A stretch of DNA of 62,524 bases from Pseudoalteromonas sp. (GTDB lineage Bacteria > Pseudomonadota > Gammaproteobacteria > Enterobacterales > Alteromonadaceae): positions 1 through 62,524 of the forward strand of contig NZ_JBFJHD010000001.1 of the NCBI RefSeq assembly GCF_041613455.1. The letters are read 5' to 3'. Made by a program: the position numbers and the translations under genes. The notes below the pieces were generated by a model. It was not told where the DNA came from. It saw nothing but the letters and a program-made list of their open reading frames with translations, and made no database searches. The first letter of the stretch is position 1. Every line of letters begins with the position of its first letter. Positions 20,255 through 29,459 of the stretch are shown here, in pieces.

Positions 20255-20400
20255 CGCTCATTCAGCCTCTTTAATTCGTTTTGCACTCTCGATAAAGAGG
20301 TCCGCGTAGCGTATCGCGAAAAATTGTTTGAGTCCGCTATGTAAGTGGCGCAACACATCAACCGTTGAACAAGAGTGCACTAAAAAGGTTAATCCTCGAC
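20255..20400 (+). ncRNA. Candidate structured 5' leader (riboswitch-like, unassigned)
   Basis: Stem 20266-73/20293-300; its loop 20282-89 is complementary to 20372-79; further hairpins in between. Confidence 0.4.
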
Positions 20401-22665
20401 ATGAAAGCAATGAAAAGATCTACGTTAGCAACCCTAGTTAATGCAGCGTTATTCTCTGCTGTAGCAGGTACTTCATTTTCAACACTGGCTGCTGAGCAAA
20501 CGCCAGCGGTAAAGAAAAATCAATTAGAAGTTATTCAAATTACAGCGCGTAAACGTGTAGAAAATGCACAAGAAGTACCCGTCGCTGTTTCTGCACTGCA
20601 AGGCGATAGCTTGGATGCTTACAGCTCTGCTGGTATGGATATTCGCTTTATGAATGCGAAAATCCCAAGTTTATCAATTGAGTCTTCGTTTGGTCGTTCA
20701 TTCCCACGCTTTTATGTTCGTGGTTTAGGTAATACAGATTTCGATTTAAATGCATCGCAACCAGTATCGTTAGTTGTCGATGAAGTGGTACAAGAAAACG
20801 CAATATTAAAAGGTTTCCCTGTATTTGACGTTTCACGCGTTGAAGTATTACGTGGACCACAAGGTACATTGTTTGGTCGTAATACACCGGCAGGCCTAGT
20901 TAAGTTTGATTCAGTAAAACCAAGCCAAGAATTTGATGGCTATGGTTCGGTATCTTACGGTAGCCGTGGCGCAGTAGATTTTGAAGGCGCGGTAGGCGGT
21001 GGTTTAACTGACCGTTTATCAACGCGTGTATCGCTATTATGGCAAGATAAAGACGATTACATTGATAATCGTGCACCAGGCCATGAACAAAAAGACGTAC
21101 TAGGTGGTTACACCGATAAAGCAGCCCGTATTCAGTTTTTATACGAAGGCGATGACTTTACCGGTTTATTTAACTACCACGTGCGCGACATGGACGGTAA
21201 GCCGATTCCTTTTTTCGCAAACTCAATTAAGCCAGGCACTAATGAACTGGTTGATAACTTTAAAAACGACGTGGTATACCACGATGCGGCAGCACGTGCC
21301 ACACAACAGGTTGAGTCACAAGGTGCCAGCTTAAAACTTGAGTGGGACTTTGATAACCATACCCTAACCTCTATTTCGGCATGGGAAAGTGCAGAAATAT
21401 ATTCGCGTGCGGATATTGACGGTGGCTACGGTGCAGCGTTTTTAGATGACTATATGGGACCTGGCTTCATTCCTTTCCCTTCTGAAAGTGCCGATGGCAT
21501 TCCTGACCACGATCAATATACTCAAGAACTGCGCTTATCAAGTAACTTTGCTGGTGACGTAAACTACCAAGTGGGTGTATTTTATTTTGACGAAGCACTG
21601 ACCATTGAAAACTTTAGCTATGATACGTTTTCAACACCAGCAGGTGAGTTGAACGGTTACGTGCTGCAACAACAAGATACTAAAGCATGGGCGGTATTTG
21701 GCTCGGTTGATTACACCATCAGTGATGATTTAAAAATAACCGCTGGCTTGCGTTATTCAGATGACGAAAAAGAGTTTTCAGCCAACCGTACGCTAAGCCC
21801 AATTGGCGGTGATCCGTTATTCATCGAGCGTAACGTGAGTGATGACCATATTAGCTGGGATTTATCGGCTAATTATAAAGTAAATGCAGATGTAAACTGG
21901 TATGGCCGTATTGCTAATAGCTTCCGTGCACCGAGCTTACAAGGGCGTATATTATTTGGTGATGATGTTACTACCGCAGAAACTGAAACCGTTACTTCAT
22001 ATGAAACAGGTATTAAGTCAGACGTACTAGACGGGCAAGGCCGAGTAAATGCGACTATTTTTTACTACACTATGGATGACCAACAGTTAACAGCGGTAGG
22101 TGGCGGTGCTAACTTTAACCGTTTAGTGAATGCAGATAAAACCACAGGTTACGGCTTTGAGCTAGATTCTGAGTGGGTATTAAGCGACGAACTTAATGCT
22201 ACATTTAACTTAAGCTATAACAAAACCGAGCTTAAAGATAACGACTTAGCAGTAGCTGTATGTGCACAATGTATAGTGAAAGACCCTATAAATGGCTCAG
22301 GTCTTGCTGTATTAGATGGTAACAGTTTACCGCATGCACCAGAGTGGATCTCTAACGTTACATTACGCTACACCAAAGAATTAGCCGAAGGTGATTTCTT
22401 TGTTTATGGTGATGTATCTTACCGCAGCAAAATTAACTTCTTCTTATATGAATCAGTTGAGTTTGAAGGTAAGCCACTTATCGAAACAGGCATACGTGCT
22501 GGTTATGCTTGGGCTGAAGGCGATTACGAATATCAAGTATCGGCATTCGTACGTAACTTATTTGATGAGCAACAATCAATTGGTGGCGTAGACTTCAATA
22601 ATAATACTGTCATGGTAAATGAAGAGCGTTACGTTGGTGTCGAGTTTAAAGTTAACTTCTTTTAA
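20401..22665 (+). CDS. TonB-dependent outer-membrane receptor
   Basis: Signal peptide; TonB box EVIQITARKR; VEVLRGPQGTLFGRN plug; C-terminal Phe; start placed at ATG 20401. Confidence 0.95.
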   Translation: MKAMKRSTLATLVNAALFSAVAGTSFSTLAAEQTPAVKKNQLEVIQITARKRVENAQEVPVAVSALQGDSLDAYSSAGMDIRFMNAKIPSLSIESSFGRSFPRFYVRGLGNTDFDLNASQPVSLVVDEVVQENAILKGFPVFDVSRVEVLRGPQGTLFGRNTPAGLVKFDSVKPSQEFDGYGSVSYGSRGAVDFEGAVGGGLTDRLSTRVSLLWQDKDDYIDNRAPGHEQKDVLGGYTDKAARIQFLYEGDDFTGLFNYHVRDMDGKPIPFFANSIKPGTNELVDNFKNDVVYHDAAARATQQVESQGASLKLEWDFDNHTLTSISAWESAEIYSRADIDGGYGAAFLDDYMGPGFIPFPSESADGIPDHDQYTQELRLSSNFAGDVNYQVGVFYFDEALTIENFSYDTFSTPAGELNGYVLQQQDTKAWAVFGSVDYTISDDLKITAGLRYSDDEKEFSANRTLSPIGGDPLFIERNVSDDHISWDLSANYKVNADVNWYGRIANSFRAPSLQGRILFGDDVTTAETETVTSYETGIKSDVLDGQGRVNATIFYYTMDDQQLTAVGGGANFNRLVNADKTTGYGFELDSEWVLSDELNATFNLSYNKTELKDNDLAVAVCAQCIVKDPINGSGLAVLDGNSLPHAPEWISNVTLRYTKELAEGDFFVYGDVSYRSKINFFLYESVEFEGKPLIETGIRAGYAWAEGDYEYQVSAFVRNLFDEQQSIGGVDFNNNTVMVNEERYVGVEFKVNFF

Positions 22666-22685
22666 GCTAACACATTAACTATGCT

Positions 22686-22711
22686 AAGCCCGCTTTAAAA
22701 GCGGGCTTTTT
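22686..22711 (+). terminator. Intrinsic terminator
   Basis: aagcccgct-ttaaa-agcgggctt plus U tract. Confidence 0.88.
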
Positions 22712-22778
22712 CGTTTTATATTGGCCTAATTTACTGCTAAAGTAGCGCTAATTAATTAGCTAAATAAAGAGAGCACAG

Positions 22779-23078
22779 ATGGCTGGATTTTGGAACTATC
22801 GCGTTATTTATTGTGAAGCCACCAAAGATGAAGCGGCGCAGTATCAAATACACGAAGTAGAATATAATTTAAACGGCAAAGTTACTAATTGGTCTGAAAC
22901 CGGTGCAGCGCCGTTTGGTACCACACTAGAGGCACTAAAAGATGATGCAGAGCGTTTAAAAACCGCATTTGAAAAGCCTGTATTAAAAGTAATGCGTAAA
23001 ACACGCGGATATGAGTTAGTTGACGTTGAAACTGAGCAAGAGGCTTTTGCTGAGCCACCTGCAGGATTGACTGAATAA
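22779..23078 (+). CDS. Conserved hypothetical protein (WNYRV...IHEV family)
   Basis: 99-aa ORF with purine-rich RBS, bounded by terminators on both sides. Confidence 0.8.
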   Translation: MAGFWNYRVIYCEATKDEAAQYQIHEVEYNLNGKVTNWSETGAAPFGTTLEALKDDAERLKTAFEKPVLKVMRKTRGYELVDVETEQEAFAEPPAGLTE

Positions 23079-23092
23079 TACATAAATTAATT

Positions 23093-23116
23093 AAAGGTGC
23101 TCAGGCGCCTTTTTTT
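23093..23116 (+). terminator. Intrinsic terminator
   Basis: aaaggtgc-tcag-gcgccttt plus T run. Confidence 0.7.
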
Positions 23117-23138
23117 AGCACTGTGTTAAGGAATAAAG

Positions 23139-23795
23139 ATGACGTTTAAAGCGGTATTATTTGATATGGATGGCACACTGGTTAATTCAGAAGTGATGCA
23201 TTATCAGTGTTGGAGCCAAGTACTTACGCCTTATGGTGTAAATTATGAAGAAGATGATTTTTGTCAACGCTTTGCAGGGCAAGCAACACTGCAAGCGGCC
23301 ATTGAAATCAAGCAAACGCATAATCTAATAGTAAGCGCACAGTGTTTAGCCGATGAAAAATATCGCTTATTTGGCGACTATGTAAAAACGCATTTGCCCC
23401 CTTTGTTGCCTTATGCCAAACAGGTGTTATTAGCGGTCAAAAAAAGTGGCTTAAAAATGGCTTTAGTAACTGGCAGTGCGCGTCATGAAGCAGAGCCCAT
23501 TTTAAAAGGGCTGGAGTTTTATGATTTGTTTGATGCGGTAGTAACAAAAGATGATGTAACTCACTCTAAACCTGCCGCAGAGCCTTACCTGTTAGCGCTG
23601 CAACAGATAAATGTAGCCGCTGAGCACGCCATAGCTGTAGAGGATACCTATACGGGAGTAACGGCCGCAAACAACGCCTTAGTGCCTGTGGTGGCAATAG
23701 CTAATAGTCATACGCAGCAGCATGACTTTAGCCGCGCAACACGGCAAATGAATAACTTAGCAGAGTTTTGGCAATGGCTGCAATCTCAACTATAG
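23139..23795 (+). CDS. HAD-family phosphatase (beta-PGM/CbbY-like)
   Basis: FDMDGTLVNSE, VTGS, SKPAAEPY, AVEDT..G. Confidence 0.9.
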   Translation: MTFKAVLFDMDGTLVNSEVMHYQCWSQVLTPYGVNYEEDDFCQRFAGQATLQAAIEIKQTHNLIVSAQCLADEKYRLFGDYVKTHLPPLLPYAKQVLLAVKKSGLKMALVTGSARHEAEPILKGLEFYDLFDAVVTKDDVTHSKPAAEPYLLALQQINVAAEHAIAVEDTYTGVTAANNALVPVVAIANSHTQQHDFSRATRQMNNLAEFWQWLQSQL

Positions 23796-23827
23796 TTTAA
23801 GCCTGAATACCTTGCTAGGACGCAGCG

Positions 23828-24670
23828 ATGACCCTTTCAAAATGGCTAATTCTGTTCAGTACACTATTTTTTTGTAATTGCGTCAGCGCTTCGCCGCCGC
23901 AGGTATTACTGGCCAATGTTTATGATGAAACTAAGCACAGTAATATTTCTGATTACTTAGTCAGTGAGAAGTTTGATGGGGTACGTGCCATTTGGACAGG
24001 CAAGCATTTCTTGACACGACAAGGTAATAAAATTACCGCGCCTACCTGGTTTACAGCGCCTTTACCTGATGTGTGGTTAGATGGCGAGCTATGGAGTAAA
24101 CACCAGCAGTTTGCCACACTCAGTGGCATAGTACGAACGCACATACCTAACAATCATGACTGGCAAACAGTTAGCTATCAGGTGTTTGACATGCCGAATG
24201 CTAAGTTGCCATTTAGTCGCCGTTACCAAAACTATACCACGCTGATAAGCCAGTTAAATGCGCCACATATTCAGGCGGTTAAGCAACATCAATTTGCTAA
24301 TAATCAATTACTAACCCAGTATTTTGAGCAAATTACGGCACAAGGTGGGGAAGGGGTGATGTTGCACTTAGCAGCCGCCAAGCACACGGTAGGACGCAGT
24401 GACGCATTATTAAAATTAAAGCCTTATTTCGACGCTGAAGCGACCGTGGTGGCGCACTTGCCAGGTAAAGGGAAATATCAAGGCCAGTTAGGGGCGTTGA
24501 GAGTAACAACATCGCAAGGGCTATTGTTTTCAATAGGTACCGGGTTTAGCGATGCAGAACGCAGCACACCGCCAAATATAGGCAGCACTATTACCTATCG
24601 CTATCATGGTTTCACCAAAAATGGGCTGCCACGTTTTGCCAGCTTTTTACGCGTAAAGCAGCCAGAGTAG
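23828..24670 (+). CDS. Minimal ATP-dependent DNA ligase with signal peptide (Lig E type)
   Basis: SEKFDGVRA (motif I), LDGEL, FD, GEGVML, LLKLKP, OB domain ending GLPRFASFLR; N-terminal Sec signal. Confidence 0.9.
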   Translation: MTLSKWLILFSTLFFCNCVSASPPQVLLANVYDETKHSNISDYLVSEKFDGVRAIWTGKHFLTRQGNKITAPTWFTAPLPDVWLDGELWSKHQQFATLSGIVRTHIPNNHDWQTVSYQVFDMPNAKLPFSRRYQNYTTLISQLNAPHIQAVKQHQFANNQLLTQYFEQITAQGGEGVMLHLAAAKHTVGRSDALLKLKPYFDAEATVVAHLPGKGKYQGQLGALRVTTSQGLLFSIGTGFSDAERSTPPNIGSTITYRYHGFTKNGLPRFASFLRVKQPE

Positions 24671-24752
24671 CGCTCTATAGGCACTATATGAGTATAAATT
24701 AATTGCTAGGTGTGCTAAATTGCGCGGCCTTTTTAATGATGTCTGGTGATCT

Positions 24753-26117
24753 ATGTTTGTTGGTTTTGATTATGGTAGTTCAAATTGTGCTATGGGTGTA
24801 ATGAACGAGGGACACGTTCAGTTGGTGCCACTAGAGCAAGGAAAACATTATCTACCATCAACACTCTATACACATCATAGTGCACTGGTGGTTGATTATG
24901 TTGCCAAGCATTTGCAAGGTAGTGGGGAAGAGCAGGCGTTTAAAACGCAGCGCCAAGCACTGCTAAATACTTTACCACGAATTAAATCTGATCTTGATTT
25001 ACAGCCCAGCGATGAAACTTTGTTTATTGGTCGTGAAGCGATTAGTGAATATGTGCAATTTCCAGAAGAAGGTTATTTTGTCAAGTCGCCAAAATCATTT
25101 TTTGGTGCGACGGGCTTAAAGCAAGGACAAATTAACTTTTTTGAAGATATTGCTACGGCAATGATTTTAAAAATTAAACATCGCGCCGAGCAGTCGTTAA
25201 ACGACACGCTAACCCAAACAGTGATAGGACGGCCGGTTAACTTTCAAGCGGTCGGTGGCGAAGAATCGAACCAGCAAGCAATTGGAATTTTAGAGCGCGC
25301 AGCGAAACGTGCCGGCTTTAAAGAGGTGGCCTTTTTATATGAGCCACTGGCGGCAGGTATTGATTATGAAAGTAATTTAGCTGGCGATAAAAAAGTACTG
25401 GTTATTGATATTGGCGGTGGTACCAGTGATTGTTCATTTGTACAAATGGGGCCAAGTTTTAGAGGTAACAGTGAGCGCGATGCTGACTTTTTAGCCCATA
25501 GTGGTAAACGTATCGGGGGCAACGATTTAGATATTGCGCTGAGCTACTATGGCTTAATGCCGTTGTTAGGTATGGGCAGTACGTTTAAGTCGGGCTTACC
25601 CTTACCTAATCAACCCTTTTGGCAAGCGTGTAAAATTAATGATGTAAATTTACAAAGCCAATTTTACAGTGCCCAGCATCATCGCGAGCTAAGTGCGCAA
25701 TTACGTGATGTTAGCGCCCCTGAACTCTATCAGCGGTTAATACATTTACAACAAAATAAGCAAGGGCATCAATTAGTGCAACAAGCCGAAGCGGCAAAAA
25801 TCGCCTTATCGTCGGCCAATCAGTTTAGTTGTGTTCTTAGTTTTTTAGAAACAGCGCTAGATAAACAACTCACAGTGAGCGACTTAGCACAGGCTGTTGA
25901 TGATAGCATTAGCCAAATAGTGAGCCTCGCAAAGCAAGCGATAAGCGACGCGGCAACCACCCCCGACGTTATATATTTAACCGGGGGCAGTGCACAATCG
26001 CCATTAATTAAAGCGGCGCTGAGTCAACATTTAGGTGCTATAGAGATGGTTAACGGCGATCACTTTGGCAGTGTTACCGCCGGACTCACCAAGTGGGCGA
26101 ATATGCTTTATAAGTAA
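24753..26117 (+). CDS. yegD: Hsp70-like protein YegD
   Basis: GFDYGSSNC, VIGRPVNF, EPLAAG, DIGGGTSD, LTGGS. Confidence 0.9.
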   Translation: MFVGFDYGSSNCAMGVMNEGHVQLVPLEQGKHYLPSTLYTHHSALVVDYVAKHLQGSGEEQAFKTQRQALLNTLPRIKSDLDLQPSDETLFIGREAISEYVQFPEEGYFVKSPKSFFGATGLKQGQINFFEDIATAMILKIKHRAEQSLNDTLTQTVIGRPVNFQAVGGEESNQQAIGILERAAKRAGFKEVAFLYEPLAAGIDYESNLAGDKKVLVIDIGGGTSDCSFVQMGPSFRGNSERDADFLAHSGKRIGGNDLDIALSYYGLMPLLGMGSTFKSGLPLPNQPFWQACKINDVNLQSQFYSAQHHRELSAQLRDVSAPELYQRLIHLQQNKQGHQLVQQAEAAKIALSSANQFSCVLSFLETALDKQLTVSDLAQAVDDSISQIVSLAKQAISDAATTPDVIYLTGGSAQSPLIKAALSQHLGAIEMVNGDHFGSVTAGLTKWANMLYK

Positions 26118-26582
26118 CTATACCGTGATGTGTCGCGTTGCCAGATACTTTTCGTAATCGGGTAGGCTTCGCTCTAGCTCAGCATTCATAAATGGTGAGC
26201 TGAGCAGCATATCAGCACTCACTTCATTACACGCAACCGGTATATTCCACACCGCGGCTAAACGTAGCAAAGCTTTAACATCAGGATCGTGTGGCTGTGA
26301 CGCCAAGGGATCCCAAAAAAAGACCAGCATATGTATTTCATGCTCGGCAATTTTTGCCCCTAATTGTTGATCGCCGCCCATCGGGCCACTTAAGAGCTGA
26401 ATAACCTCAAGCCCAGTGGTTTTATTGATTAAGTGCCCAGTGGTGCCAGTGGCATAGAGCGTATGTTGGCTCAGCGTCGTTAAATGTTTACTACACCACA
26501 GTTTTAAGGCTGCTTTTTTGCCATCATGAGCCACTAAAGCGATGTTTTTTTTAGCCGGTAGCGATTGTATTTTTTGATCCAT
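26118..26582 (-). CDS. mgsA: Methylglyoxal synthase
   Basis: IALVAHD, ATGTTG, SGPMGGDQQ, FFWDP..PHDPDV. Confidence 0.96.
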   Translation of the reverse strand: MDQKIQSLPAKKNIALVAHDGKKAALKLWCSKHLTTLSQHTLYATGTTGHLINKTTGLEVIQLLSGPMGGDQQLGAKIAEHEIHMLVFFWDPLASQPHDPDVKALLRLAAVWNIPVACNEVSADMLLSSPFMNAELERSLPDYEKYLATRHITV

Positions 26583-26602
26583 AAATAATGTTCTTTTTAT
26601 TG

Positions 26603-27235
26603 TTAAAGTAATAAGTTGATAGCCAGGGCAATAAATACAATGCCGGTGATACGATCAATCCACAGTTGGCTATGGGGGTTATCCCGAAAAAATTGTGCAA
26701 TTTTATCGCCAAAGTAAATATAAGTGCAGTCAATTGGAAAGGCAAACAGCGGATACAGTAAACCAAAAAAAGCCAGTTGAAAGGTGGCAGACGACAAGTT
26801 AGGGTCAACAAACTGTGGTATAAATGCAATAAAAAATAACGCGACTTTGGGGTTGAGTACCTCGGTCATCATTGCCTGAAACATCACATTTCGCTTTTTG
26901 TTGGTGCTCACGTGAGGCTTATCACAGTGCTCGGGCTGCGCTGTTTGTAAGGTACTTTTTAGCATCATAACCCCTAAATAACATAAATAGGCAGCACCCG
27001 CATACTGTACGCTTGTGTAAGCCAATTCTGAGGCTTTCAGTATTGCGGTTAACCCAACCACAGCAAAAAAGGTATGCACCACGCCACCTAAGGCAAAACC
27101 AAACGCACTTTGCATCCCCGCCGTGCGGCCATTAGCAAAGGTTTGTGCCATTAAAAAGGCATTAGATGGTCCAGGAGCAACAGCAATTAAAAAACTAGCA
27201 AATAAGAACGAAACTAAATATTCAGGGTTGATCAT
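26603..27235 (-). CDS. LysE/RhtB-family exporter
   Basis: PGP near N-terminus, LNPKVALFFIAFIPQF. Confidence 0.9.
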   Translation of the reverse strand: MINPEYLVSFLFASFLIAVAPGPSNAFLMAQTFANGRTAGMQSAFGFALGGVVHTFFAVVGLTAILKASELAYTSVQYAGAAYLCYLGVMMLKSTLQTAQPEHCDKPHVSTNKKRNVMFQAMMTEVLNPKVALFFIAFIPQFVDPNLSSATFQLAFFGLLYPLFAFPIDCTYIYFGDKIAQFFRDNPHSQLWIDRITGIVFIALAINLLL

Positions 27236-27282
27236 GAGATTTAACAGTAGGAAGTAAGGAGACTAATACTAGCAAGTTTATA

Positions 27283-27313
27283 AAAAAATAAAAAGCGGGC
27301 CCATTAGCCCGCT
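27283..27313 (-). terminator. Intrinsic terminator after S8 protease gene
   Basis: agcgggc-N6-gcccgct with U-rich tract on the minus strand. Confidence 0.75.
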
Positions 27314-27331
27314 AGAGAAGATGATTAGTGG

Positions 27332-29167
27332 TTAAAATACAACGGTTGCATTGCTTGAACAAGCAGTTGTGCTTTGTGCTTCACATACTTGGTAGCTATA
27401 AGTACCACCGCCTTTACCGGCAATAGTGTCTGTATAGCTGTTATTATTGGCAGTGCTGGTTACTTTTGTACCATTACGATAAATATCCACTTGGCTGGTT
27501 GTTGCCCCACTCCAATTTAAATCAACAAACTTATTACCTTTCGACTTATAGCCATTTGCCGATAAGCTAATATCGCTTGCAGTCGGATCGCCACCACCTT
27601 GGCTTCCGCCAGCACAGCCATTGGCTGTTAAGTAGGCGTTTGCATCGGCGGCTTTAACAATACCATAGCCAAAGTAATCATCTTTACCCGTTGCGCCTTG
27701 ATCTTGTGCCGTTGCTTTTAATGCATTACGAATTTCTGTGCCGGTACATTGTGGGTGGTTTGACCAAACCAGTGCCGCAAGGCCTGCAACCGCAGGGGTT
27801 GCCATTGAAGTGCCACTCATAAAGCCGTAATCACTGCTACCAATGTTTACGCTGATTGAGGTACTGGCAAGTAATGCTGAGCGATCTTCAAAAGCGGCAC
27901 CAACTGCTGGAATGCTAGTATCATTGGTTTCACCTAGGGTACCGTATAGCATGCCAGCTTCGTTATTGATAATAACGGCGCCTACGCCACCTGAATTTTC
28001 ACAGTTTGCTACCTTGTCATAAAATGACACCACACCACGGTCGATTAAACATACTTTTCCTGCCGCATTGCTATCGCTGCTTTCTGCCGTTCCCATGTAG
28101 TAAGCAGTTGCTGTTACATCACCAATATTTTCCATCGCTGATGAAGCATAAGGAGTGCCATCTGCGGCAAGGTTTGCAGCACTTGCTAAGCCTGCCGGAT
28201 AGGTTGACAGCGTATCGACGCCACCCGCGGTGACTTCAACACAAATTGTTTCATCATTGGTCGCGTGTTTACCGCGGCCAGATGAACAGCTTGGGAATTG
28301 TGAAAAGCTTGCAATATCATTATTGGCGTCGTTAGCACCTATCATCATCACTGAAGAGTAACCAGCAGGATATGAACGAACGTTATTGCCATCGTTACCC
28401 GCTGCTGCAACTACTAAGCCACCGGCATTAGTAAAGTTAGCAAAGGCATTTGACTCGGTGCTATTTGAACCACCGCCGCCTAGGCTCATATTAATAATAT
28501 TAGCGCCTGCTTGAGCACATAAATCAGCGGCATGAGCTAAATCAGAAGAATAACCCCAACCTGCTTCGTTGAATACTTTAATAATATGCATAGCTACACC
28601 GGGTGCCATACCGATAACACCTTGGTTATTATCGGCAGCGCCTATGGTGCCGGCGACGTGGGTGCCATGCGGGCCGCCATGTTCAAACCAATTACCGGTT
28701 CCGGCATCGTTATCACCAGTAATATTGCCCCAAATAAAGTCGGGATTGGAATTATCTAAGCCAGAATCAATTACACACACTTTCATGCCCGCATTGGCAT
28801 CAAATGTGACTTGGTCTGCTTGAGATTGGTAAACAGCATAAGGTGTTAATTGCTGTTGCATTGGGTCGCCCATATCATCGCTATATTGCGCAAAAGGGAC
28901 GCGTTTATTATCTTCTTCTATCAGGGTGATGTGGGGGTTATTCAATAACCCTTTAACACTGGCTAAATCGTGGCCGCTAAATTGCGCAGCAATAAAACCG
29001 TTACCGTCAACTTTAATCGTTGCGCCTAACTTTTTAGCTAAGGCTTTTACTACGCCTTTTTTGCTATTGTCTACTTGAATAATATAACGATCATTGTCTG
29101 CATACGCATTGCCTGCTGTACATATACCGCTTAACAAAAGTGCTAGTGCTAATTTATTTTTATTCAT
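27332..29167 (-). CDS. Secreted S8 subtilase with propeptide, PA domain and C-terminal beta domain
   Basis: VIDSG, HGTHVAG, AAGN, SGTSMATP; CLIDRG..FYDKV PA insert; Gly-rich linker then ~80-aa tail. Confidence 0.93.
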   Translation of the reverse strand: MNKNKLALALLLSGICTAGNAYADNDRYIIQVDNSKKGVVKALAKKLGATIKVDGNGFIAAQFSGHDLASVKGLLNNPHITLIEEDNKRVPFAQYSDDMGDPMQQQLTPYAVYQSQADQVTFDANAGMKVCVIDSGLDNSNPDFIWGNITGDNDAGTGNWFEHGGPHGTHVAGTIGAADNNQGVIGMAPGVAMHIIKVFNEAGWGYSSDLAHAADLCAQAGANIINMSLGGGGSNSTESNAFANFTNAGGLVVAAAGNDGNNVRSYPAGYSSVMMIGANDANNDIASFSQFPSCSSGRGKHATNDETICVEVTAGGVDTLSTYPAGLASAANLAADGTPYASSAMENIGDVTATAYYMGTAESSDSNAAGKVCLIDRGVVSFYDKVANCENSGGVGAVIINNEAGMLYGTLGETNDTSIPAVGAAFEDRSALLASTSISVNIGSSDYGFMSGTSMATPAVAGLAALVWSNHPQCTGTEIRNALKATAQDQGATGKDDYFGYGIVKAADANAYLTANGCAGGSQGGGDPTASDISLSANGYKSKGNKFVDLNWSGATTSQVDIYRNGTKVTSTANNNSYTDTIAGKGGGTYSYQVCEAQSTTACSSNATVVF

Positions 29168-29459
29168 CTTTTACAATCTCACTGTTATGTTTGTTATGTC
29201 ACTGCTACGTTAATATAGTGTTGCATAAATAACAAGAAAAGATTAATGAAAGATGTGAATGAATGTAAATCAATGATTTTTACTCATTTTAATTATTGCA
29301 AATAATGTGAGGTTGATGTTTTGGCAATAATAGCAGTTTATAGTGAGCAGGCGGGATAGCGGCTGGGAGCGTCGTTTAGTATTGCTTTTAGTTCATTTAG
29401 CAGGCTATTTTGCATTAAAACTGGAGCACGCTGTTTGAATGCAAAATAGCGATATTTAA

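Noticed and set aside
20365-20400. TTG-initiated N-terminal extension of the TonB receptor given in the ORF track
   Set aside because: ATG 20401/20410 gives a normal signal peptide, so the extension is treated as leader RNA.
20010-20400. Fur box or cobalamin/TPP riboswitch upstream of the TonB receptor
   Set aside because: No GATAATGATAATCATTATC-like site, B12 box or TPP CTGAGA core was visible.
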